The notes beneath the pieces are model-generated. The model was not told where the DNA came from. It saw only the letters and a program-made list of their open reading frames with translations, and searched no databases. From contig JAFGQU010000023.1 of NCBI GenBank assembly GCA_016935525.1, positions 897 to 64,896 of the forward strand: a DNA stretch of 64,000 nt, in the 5' to 3' direction. Of the stretch, positions 56,593 to 64,000 are shown piece after piece; position 1 is the stretch's first letter, and each line of letters begins with the position of its first letter. The stretch is from Candidatus Omnitrophota bacterium. Its GTDB lineage: Bacteria > Omnitrophota > Gorgyraeia > Duberdicusellales > 4484-171. A program made the translations under genes and the position numbers.

Positions 56593-57909
56593 TTATTGGA
56601 TGATTTTTTTCAATTCGGCAAGGGTATCGATAATATAGTCCGGTCCGGCAAGTAAAATGTCTTCTTTTTTACCTATTCCATAGGTCACCGCGCAGGTCAG
56701 GATCCCGGCACCTTTACCGCTGGACACATCGAGGTTCATGTCTCCGACCATGAGGCATCTTGCGTGAGGATAAGGCGATTTCTCCAGCGCGCGGTTTACC
56801 GGACAACCGGAAGGTTTCAGGCAATGTTCATCATCGCCTCCGACAATATCCCGAAAATAGTGAGCGATACCCATTGCCTGTAACGTCCCTTCGGCCATTT
56901 CCCGCCGCCGGTTGGTCACAATAAGAAGGGTCTTATTCCTAAAATGCTCGAGCGTCTCTTGTACTCCCGGATAAAGCCGGGTATGGTCATATGAATGAGC
57001 CCGGAAATATTCGCTGAATATCCTTAATCCCCGGTCGATCTCTTCATCATCCCCGTTTTCTAACACCTGTCTGATCAGGTCCCGCGCTCCGGTACCGATA
57101 TAAGAGACGATTTCTTCACGCGATTTTTCCGGGCGCCCGAGGGTGCGTAACGTGTGATTCACGCTCCTGACAATGTCCTCGCGTGAATCAACAAGGGTAC
57201 CGTCAAAATCGAAAATGATCACATCGATAGCTCTTTTTTTCCTATTCATCTTTTTCACTATTGTATAGAAAAAAGGTACCCCGGCAATGAGTAACATCAA
57301 CGCCGCCGCACCCAGGAATTCACCGGAAAGGATATCTTTCATATCTCTGATCTGACTGGCTTTTTCTCCAAAATAGACGATCGCGACCACCCAGGGGATC
57401 GATCCCAGAAGGGTCGCGGTGAAATAATGACGGAACTTCATGGAAGAAAGTCCGCTGAGATAATTAAGGACTTCATAAGGGATTACCGGTATCAATCGCA
57501 GGAACAAGACTGTGGAAAACCCTTTTTTCCGCAAAAGTTCATCGACTTTTTTGCCGCGGCCGCGTAATAGTTTTTCTATCAAGGAGCGGCCCAATCCCCG
57601 GGCGATAAAAAAAGTAACGCTGGTCCCCAGGATCGCTCCGGAAAAAAGGTACACTCCGCCCCACACTTTCCCGAACAAAAATCCCGCGATGAACGCGACC
57701 AACGCGATCGGCGGGAACATCGTCACCGTATTGAGCGCGTAGATCAATACATAGACCGCTCCGCCCCATAGCCCGAACCGGCCAATAAACCCTCCCAGGG
57801 TATCGCGAGCCTGATGCACATCCAGCGGATGAATCGAAAGATAACGCACACCAAGGATCAATACCGTGATGATACTTATACTTAACACTGTTTTTTTTAT
57901 CTTGTTCAT
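56593..57909 (-). CDS. Fusion of TVP38/DedA (SNARE-associated) membrane domain and HAD (Gph-like) phosphatase
   Basis: GFLFG..WG, FFIARGLGR, LRLIPVIPYEVLNY; then IFDFDGTLVDS, VTN, KP, MVGD..LD. Confidence 0.88.
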   Translation of the reverse strand: MNKIKKTVLSISIITVLILGVRYLSIHPLDVHQARDTLGGFIGRFGLWGGAVYVLIYALNTVTMFPPIALVAFIAGFLFGKVWGGVYLFSGAILGTSVTFFIARGLGRSLIEKLLRGRGKKVDELLRKKGFSTVLFLRLIPVIPYEVLNYLSGLSSMKFRHYFTATLLGSIPWVVAIVYFGEKASQIRDMKDILSGEFLGAAALMLLIAGVPFFYTIVKKMNRKKRAIDVIIFDFDGTLVDSREDIVRSVNHTLRTLGRPEKSREEIVSYIGTGARDLIRQVLENGDDEEIDRGLRIFSEYFRAHSYDHTRLYPGVQETLEHFRNKTLLIVTNRRREMAEGTLQAMGIAHYFRDIVGGDDEHCLKPSGCPVNRALEKSPYPHARCLMVGDMNLDVSSGKGAGILTCAVTYGIGKKEDILLAGPDYIIDTLAELKKIIQ

Positions 57910-57923
57910 GGTTTTGAAATATT

Positions 57924-60185
57924 CTAGAGAGGGATCTCGATTGTTTCCTCGGTCTCACCGACCGCTCGTACAGGATATCCGCGCAGATGGATCTCTACCG
58001 CCGGGGAAATACCGTGCCATTCTCTTTTAAAATGAACGCGTACGCACCGGCCGTCGGATTCAGCCTTGATCTCGGCTTTCCCGTACGATGTCCATACCGG
58101 GCCTAACGAAAATTTTCCGGGAGATTTAAACCATTGCGGCGGGATCCCAGCCAGGAGAATGAGTTTATTCCGGGCGCGTTCTCCCCGGATAAAACAATTA
58201 CGTATCATCATCACCCATTCGGCAACCGCCCAGACATGTTCACCGTCTCCCATACATCCGCCTCTGGTACGCGGATGGACCGCTTCCGGCCACTGACCGG
58301 TCGGTGAAGCAAGGTCGGCAACCACGTTCATCAAGTCAAGATACCGGGCATCACCCGCGCGCAGGAGAGCCTGGGCGATATGTAACGTCAGGTAAGGATT
58401 TATCCCGGAATGGCTCATATCATGAAAAAACCCGCCCGACACGCAACAATGGTGCAGAAGATATTCTAACGTTTCTTTAATCCGTTCGTCTTTCCCGTCC
58501 CATAACTGTAAGGGATATCCGGCGGCGATCGAACCGATCGCTCCCGAATCCATCCGCCGGTAAGGAGACGCCGGCATCGCGTTACTCTTAAGCCGGAAGG
58601 AAGCTTTCTGGAGGCTTTTCTCGATCGAATACATAAGCGATCCCGCTTCCTGCACGAAATTTTCGGCCCGGCGGGTTTGTCCTAACCGATCAAGAAGATA
58701 TCCGGCCGCGCGCAGGCCCGCGACTCCCCAGAAATCGTCCCAGTAATAGTAATCGCTCGGGCCCAGATGTTCGGCACTGAATCCCGAAGGAAGAAGACCG
58801 GCATGAGGGAGATCCAACTTTCGGGAAACCCGTTTCTTCTGGATCCATTCGGCGGCCCGGCGGATCGCGTCTTTCCATTGGACCCGCGGAGGGCGGCCGG
58901 TCAATTCACAGAACCGTTCGATCGCCCATAACACCTGACCGTTAGAATCCCATTCGCCTTCCTGAGATTCAAAATATCCGTTCGGTTTTTGACGGGTGAT
59001 CGAAATATCGATGACTCGTTCGGCTACATCATGAAATCCGCAGGATAACATCGCCTGCAGAATAAACGCCGCATCCCGGAACCAGAAATGACGGTACGTA
59101 TACGGGCCGGGATACACCTCATCGGGCGTATGGAGCAGGATCGTACGTAATGCCGCGTCGAATAAGAACTGAAATTTTTCGTCCGGGACGTTCAGGCGGC
59201 ATGTATTTTTAAAACTTTCCGTCCAATTGAAAGAAAGATATTTGGTTTTTGCCGAAGAACGGTTGAATTTTCCCGGTTTTTTTGCGAGTGGCACATCGAC
59301 CCCGATCTGCCGTATACGTGACGGGTCGATCTCAAAGATCCCCGCGGCCGTTGCCATGCCGACTTCACAATTTGCCCGCAGCCGGCTTTCCTTATCAAAA
59401 AGATGATGGTACACATCCCCTTCCCGGTAGGTAGAGAACACATGAGCGTCAAAAGGGACGGTAAAATAAAGAGAATGTTTATTATTGATCAACCAGCGTT
59501 TTTCTCCGGGATAATATTTTATCTGATGGATAAAACTTACTCCTTCCGGGTTATAAGGACGTAACGAGACGATAAACCACCCTTTTCTTGAACTGCGCGC
59601 CTGCCATTGGACCGAACATACCGGACGGTCTTCTTTTACCGTTACCTGTACGCGCGAACGTATCTCTAAATCCGACCATACACTTTCGGTCGTCACGTAA
59701 AGGCCCTCATCAATATGCAATCGTTGAGAACTTTTCGGGCAACGCGAAGGGATAAGCTGGCTCTCATCGGTGATCAGCCAGGCATCCAACGACCAGCCGT
59801 CAAAAAACGGCGTGACCAGTCCCCGGGGATCTATTAACGGGAACTCTTTCAGTCCCGGGATACCTACCGCGGTCCAGTTACGATGGGTAAGATTGATATG
59901 CGTAAGCGAAAACGCCCGCGGTACGAACGATTCCGAACGGGGATTAAACTGTTTTTCGACCCAGTACGGCCAGATCCAATCAAGATTATGCTGTATCGCC
60001 TGGCTGTTGATCAGGCCGCGGGCCTGTAAGACCGCGCCGATCCGTAACACTTCGATAGGGACCGCGACTTCCGAAGGCTGAGCGAACCGGGAAAGCCGGC
60101 TCATCAGCGATATCGGATCAAAAAATCCGCGTTTTAAAGCGACCCGGCGGACAATGAACCGCCAGGGAAACCATCTATACCACAT
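57924..60185 (-). CDS. Conserved protein with probable six-hairpin (alpha/alpha)6 glycosidase-like domain
   Basis: PGPYTYRHFWFRDAAF, GEWDSNGQ, SAEHLG..DYYYWDDFW, GQWPEA..GCMGDG.H.W. Confidence 0.65.
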   Translation of the reverse strand: MWYRWFPWRFIVRRVALKRGFFDPISLMSRLSRFAQPSEVAVPIEVLRIGAVLQARGLINSQAIQHNLDWIWPYWVEKQFNPRSESFVPRAFSLTHINLTHRNWTAVGIPGLKEFPLIDPRGLVTPFFDGWSLDAWLITDESQLIPSRCPKSSQRLHIDEGLYVTTESVWSDLEIRSRVQVTVKEDRPVCSVQWQARSSRKGWFIVSLRPYNPEGVSFIHQIKYYPGEKRWLINNKHSLYFTVPFDAHVFSTYREGDVYHHLFDKESRLRANCEVGMATAAGIFEIDPSRIRQIGVDVPLAKKPGKFNRSSAKTKYLSFNWTESFKNTCRLNVPDEKFQFLFDAALRTILLHTPDEVYPGPYTYRHFWFRDAAFILQAMLSCGFHDVAERVIDISITRQKPNGYFESQEGEWDSNGQVLWAIERFCELTGRPPRVQWKDAIRRAAEWIQKKRVSRKLDLPHAGLLPSGFSAEHLGPSDYYYWDDFWGVAGLRAAGYLLDRLGQTRRAENFVQEAGSLMYSIEKSLQKASFRLKSNAMPASPYRRMDSGAIGSIAAGYPLQLWDGKDERIKETLEYLLHHCCVSGGFFHDMSHSGINPYLTLHIAQALLRAGDARYLDLMNVVADLASPTGQWPEAVHPRTRGGCMGDGEHVWAVAEWVMMIRNCFIRGERARNKLILLAGIPPQWFKSPGKFSLGPVWTSYGKAEIKAESDGRCVRVHFKREWHGISPAVEIHLRGYPVRAVGETEETIEIPL

Positions 60186-60239
60186 CAGTGTTCTCCCGTA
60201 AAAGCATTATAACTTAAAATCCCGGATATGTTCATCACC

Positions 60240-60929
60240 TTATTTTACAGAATACCCTTTGAGCTCTAACGAATACCCTAATTTACCTAATCCGCGGATT
60301 CTAAGCGGAATACGCCGGGTGTCACTGCTGATCCAGGCTTCGAAGGTGTTGCCCGAACTTTTAAAATGGTAGGCATCGAATTTTCCGGCGGGCACGGTGA
60401 CCACCTCACGCCCCTCAAACTGCACATTGAAATCTTTAGTCAATCGCACCGGCATCTCCCACCCGTCAGGGAAATCCTGATACCCGCGTAACAGAAACGG
60501 CAACAAAACGGCATTATGTATCGGGCCGGTTTTTTTAAGTGTACGTTCGGAGATCTTCTTATCGCCCCGGTATTTTGTGACGGTCAAAATGAAATGTTCC
60601 TGATCGTATTCTTCGATTATCTTTTCTTTCTTGAGCCACAGCGATACCTCACGGTCGACGTAGAGCGGCAACATAGTCTCCTGGTCACTGTAGATATTTT
60701 CGGTATCATGAAATCCCAGGATATCCGCCTTAAAAACGGTCAGATGCATCTTTTTACCGGCTCGCTCGACGATCCCGCGGTCATGATACACCGCGCTCCC
60801 GGCCGGTTTTATATCGTATACAAGTTTTTCTCCTTTACGCATACCCGCTTCGTCGGATGTGCGGGTACAACCGGAAAGGAAACCTGCGGATAAAATAATC
60901 CATATCGCTAGGGGGATGAATCGTCTCAT
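60240..60929 (-). CDS. DUF3108-like lipoprotein
   Basis: Lipobox LSGC; GEKLVYDI; GREVVTVPAGKFDAY; WISSD.RRIPLRI. Confidence 0.75.
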   Translation of the reverse strand: MRRFIPLAIWIILSAGFLSGCTRTSDEAGMRKGEKLVYDIKPAGSAVYHDRGIVERAGKKMHLTVFKADILGFHDTENIYSDQETMLPLYVDREVSLWLKKEKIIEEYDQEHFILTVTKYRGDKKISERTLKKTGPIHNAVLLPFLLRGYQDFPDGWEMPVRLTKDFNVQFEGREVVTVPAGKFDAYHFKSSGNTFEAWISSDTRRIPLRIRGLGKLGYSLELKGYSVK

Positions 60930-60999
60930 GAAAATATACGGTTCCTGTCCTTTTCTGCGTATTATCACACACATTAAAAAAAAGTGCAACCGATAACTG

Positions 61000-61378
61000 G
61001 ATAGTCGTTAGTCAATAGTCGACAGTCGATGGTCTTCAGTCGAGTTAGCTCGTTTCCCCGTTCTGCCCGTTCAAATAGCGGAGGGAAACAGGGTGCAGGG
61101 TATCGGGTATAGGGTGTCGGGGAGAACGCAACGCGCAACGCGGAATCTCCGAACATAGAGTACAGTGGGGAACGGATAGAGTGAAATAGAAAATTAGCAA
61201 TGGCCAATCAACAACGAGCATTTATCAATGAAAGAAAGGATAAGAAGGAAACCTCAGGATTTTAAACTGATAATTGCTAAATGCTAATTTTGCATTGGTC
61301 ATTTATATTAGACATATGACTATGTGACCTGCCCGCTCCTGACTTACAGGAGGGCAGGCGGGCGTGTGTCGTGTGACT
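61000..61378. repeat. Largest mosaic intergenic repeat (at least 5 modules plus a nested hairpin)
   Basis: TAGTC heptamers, CCCGTT, CAGGGTG/TCGGGTA heptamers, then a reverse-complement copy of the 6054-6237 element with a ~34 bp insertion. Confidence 0.85.
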
Positions 61379-61389
61379 TCAGACGGAAG

Positions 61390-62829
61390 TTAGTTATTGC
61401 GGATGAAGGTGCGTTTGAGGGAATCGAACAGGCGGCCGCGTTTGATCTCACGGGCAAATACCCCGGCCATCACCTTAGGAAACATGGCCAGCATCGAAAG
61501 ATATTCTTTCGGAGTAAAAAAACCGATCTGGTGGCATTTTTTCAAGATGTGGATGAACCGGCCCGGAGTATAGAAAGAGAACTTTATTTTCCGGCCTATT
61601 TTTTTAAGATAATCATAAGGATATTGATCGGAATAGACTACCCCGTTTGTCCCGATATGATAACCGGGAGTTGCCTCTACCAGATTTCTCAACAGTGAAA
61701 ACTTTTCGATACGTAATTTTAGAAAAGTGATCGAATCGACACCGATCTCTTTGGCAAACTGGGCGATATACAACATCTCTTCTTCGGTTTCGGTGATGTT
61801 CCCGTAGATAAAATAACCGTGATAATAAATAGGATACCGGGTAAGTACTTTAAAATATGCGCGGACAGTCGCCGAATCGAACCCTTTATCGAGTTGTTTT
61901 AAGATCCGGTCATGCGGCGATTCGACCCCGATAAGTAACGCTTTAAACCCGGCTTTCACCATTTTTTCAAGAAGGGCCGGGTTCCGGGCAAGTTCGATCC
62001 GGCTTTGCGCCATGAATTTTTTCTTTATCCCGCGGGCAATAATACCGTCACAGATCGCCTCAAGCCTGCGTGGATCGATAGATACGTTTTCATCGCTGAA
62101 CAGGACGATCGATGCGGGAATTTTTTCGATCTCATCGAGCACCGAATTTACATCACGCGCCGAATATTCCCGTTTCTGTCCTAACGGGTTTAACGTAAAC
62201 GTACAGAACTTACAATTAAACGGGCACCCGCGCGCGGTCAATACGGTATCAAAATTCAAGTTTGCGACATTGATCCCGTTCAAGGTAAGCCGGTAATCAT
62301 TATGACGCAAAGTCCGGTCGGGAGCGGTATAGGCATCGACGCCCGGTAAAGGCCGATGATCGTTATGGATGATCTGGCCGTGTTGGCGGTAGGATATCCC
62401 TTTTATTTCCGGATACGGCACACCGTTCAGGAGTTCTTTTATCGTCTCTTCTCCTTCACCGCGGACCACTACGTCCACGCCGGGACAATTATTGAATATC
62501 TCCAGGACTCGTTCGGTCGCGGTATAACCGCCGACGACTACCGGGACATTTTTGGGAAAATGATTGATCATATCGAAAATCTGATCGAGCTGGCGGTCCC
62601 AACCGATACCGACACCGACGAAATCGACGTCACGTTTGATAAAATCGACCAGATGTTCGGTATAAGAGAGTTCCTTTTCATAACGCAGGTCCAAAAGGCT
62701 CACCCGTTCCACGCATTCTCGGGCGTTGGTCGCGACATACTCAAGGCCGGTCGGGGGGAAAAGCATCATCGCGCTCGTCGCGGAACGTTCGACATAAGGG
62801 TTGACGAATAAAGCGTGTTCATATTTCAT
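61390..62829 (-). CDS. B12-binding-domain radical SAM protein
   Basis: PPTGLEYVA, VVVGGYTAT, VVRGEGE, TARGCPFNCKFC, GVES. Confidence 0.88.
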   Translation of the reverse strand: MKYEHALFVNPYVERSATSAMMLFPPTGLEYVATNARECVERVSLLDLRYEKELSYTEHLVDFIKRDVDFVGVGIGWDRQLDQIFDMINHFPKNVPVVVGGYTATERVLEIFNNCPGVDVVVRGEGEETIKELLNGVPYPEIKGISYRQHGQIIHNDHRPLPGVDAYTAPDRTLRHNDYRLTLNGINVANLNFDTVLTARGCPFNCKFCTFTLNPLGQKREYSARDVNSVLDEIEKIPASIVLFSDENVSIDPRRLEAICDGIIARGIKKKFMAQSRIELARNPALLEKMVKAGFKALLIGVESPHDRILKQLDKGFDSATVRAYFKVLTRYPIYYHGYFIYGNITETEEEMLYIAQFAKEIGVDSITFLKLRIEKFSLLRNLVEATPGYHIGTNGVVYSDQYPYDYLKKIGRKIKFSFYTPGRFIHILKKCHQIGFFTPKEYLSMLAMFPKVMAGVFAREIKRGRLFDSLKRTFIRNN

Positions 62830-62870
62830 AGCGAGACATTATAGCCTAATCACCGGTTTATTACAAACGA

Positions 62871-63905
62871 TTATACTCTTTCTGCCGGGGGATACATAAG
62901 GATCGAATCGGCACGGGCAAACGAAACCTTTTTACCGGCACTATGGATGACTTTACACGCACATTTCAAGTCTATTTCGGCTTTATGATCATAAATAACG
63001 TATTGTCGAGAAAACTCCTCCGGCGTAAAATTCACCATCACTACGTTTGCCCCTGCTCGTAATATTTCAGATTGCGCTTTATTCCCGCCGAGAGTCGCCA
63101 ATGCCGTAGTCGCCGGGATATACGCTCCCGGGACCGCAAGACGCGCCAACGCCGCCATACGGAACACCAGCTCGATGGCCGGGGAAACCCGGGCCTGTAA
63201 CGGGGTATCTTTTTGAGGAATAAACGGGCTGATCCCGATCATATCCGGCTGAAAATCGTTTAAAAAAATGATCTCGTTTACCAGGTCTTCCCGCGTGTGG
63301 CCGGGCAATCCGATAATACAGCCGGCCCCGACCTGAAACCCTATCTTACGTAAATACTCTAAAATCCCGATCCGGTTTTTAAGCGATTGCCCGGGATGTA
63401 CACGCGCATATAATGTGTCGTTGATCGTCTCATGTTTTAAAAGATACCGGTCCGCGCCCGAATCACGAAACGCCCGGTAGTCATCCCGGGAGCGTTCCCC
63501 TACCGATAACGTAACGGCCATCTCCGGATGGTTACGTTTAATCCGAGAAATGATCTGGCCGAGCATCTTGCGGCTGTAATAAAAATCGTCTCCCGATTGA
63601 AGCACGACCGTTTTGACCCGGCTGGCGGCTATTTTTTCCACGGCCGCGACGATCGCCTGCGGCGTCATCCGATACCGCGCGATATTCGTATTGTTCTGCC
63701 GCAACCCGCAATACCGGCAATTACGCACGCAGAAACTGGAAAACTCGATAATACCCCGGATATATACTGTATCCGAAAAGATCCGGGCAGATACTTCATT
63801 ACTGCGGATGAAAAAAAGGTTTCCGGAACTTTCCTCAAATAAACGGTCTATTTCCGCTTTGTGAAAAGCAGGAACCTGGCCGATAAAACCGTTTCTTTTT
63901 TCCAT
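62871..63905 (-). CDS. hydE: HydE-like radical SAM protein (BioB/HydE/PylB branch)
   Basis: RGIIEFSSFCVRNCRYCGLR, VVLQSGD, GADRYLLKHET, PFIPQKDTPL, IPATTALAT, GANVVM; start at ATG 63905. Confidence 0.78.
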   Translation of the reverse strand: MEKRNGFIGQVPAFHKAEIDRLFEESSGNLFFIRSNEVSARIFSDTVYIRGIIEFSSFCVRNCRYCGLRQNNTNIARYRMTPQAIVAAVEKIAASRVKTVVLQSGDDFYYSRKMLGQIISRIKRNHPEMAVTLSVGERSRDDYRAFRDSGADRYLLKHETINDTLYARVHPGQSLKNRIGILEYLRKIGFQVGAGCIIGLPGHTREDLVNEIIFLNDFQPDMIGISPFIPQKDTPLQARVSPAIELVFRMAALARLAVPGAYIPATTALATLGGNKAQSEILRAGANVVMVNFTPEEFSRQYVIYDHKAEIDLKCACKVIHSAGKKVSFARADSILMYPPAERV

Positions 63906-63910
63906 AACGG

Positions 63911-64000
63911 TTATTTTCTTATATTCTCCTGTACCGTCTTGATCAATACTTCCGGTTTTACCGGTTTTTCCAGAACCGCTTTTACCGGCAGCCAATCGTT
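63911..64000 (-). CDS. C-terminal end of a probable receiver-domain protein (truncated by window edge)
   Basis: Frame reads NDWLPVKAVLEKPVKPEVLIKTVQENIRK-stop, matching the beta5 KP motif and final helix. Confidence 0.55.
   Translation of the reverse strand, partial: NDWLPVKAVLEKPVKPEVLIKTVQENIRK

Noticed and set aside
62871-63995. N-terminal MAAGKSGSGKT as a P-loop fused to HydE
   Set aside because: It is an alternative-frame reading of the upstream gene's 3' end; the likely start is ATG 63905.

Overview
This is a gene-dense, mostly minus-strand bacterial chromosomal window of roughly mid-range GC. The gene content suggests an anaerobe of the PVC/Candidatus Omnitrophota type; that assignment is an inference and was not tested. 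Housekeeping and metabolic genes include the 3' end of riboflavin synthase, tRNA-Pro(CGG), a Ski2/HelY-like helicase, glgC, trxB, def, panD, ackA-pta, aroK, nth, xth, a MutY-like gene, rpsU, radC, PIN-PhoH, pilT and a hydE-like gene. There is also a c-di-GMP cluster with one PAS-GGDEF-HD-GYP protein and four PilZ proteins. No CRISPR array, rRNA or prophage was seen. The most unusual items are five. (1) A 1056-aa protein fuses an N-terminal membrane anchor, a long coiled coil and an acidic linker to a complete EF-G, and is followed by a small stand-alone protein resembling the EF-Tu domain II barrel. (2) A ~150-165 nt three-hairpin leader occurs twice with compensatory base changes, each time ending at a GGAGG ribosome-binding site of a small envelope-protein gene. 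(3) A ~240 nt multi-hairpin leader with an intrinsic terminator precedes a secreted trypsin-LysM protein. (4) Many longer intergenic gaps are mosaics of 7-, 8- and 11-bp periodic repeat modules carrying nested GC-rich hairpins. (5) A Y1/RAYT-like HUH transposase is flanked by inverted REP-like hairpins. All calls come from reading the sequence and recognising motifs; no database searches were run.
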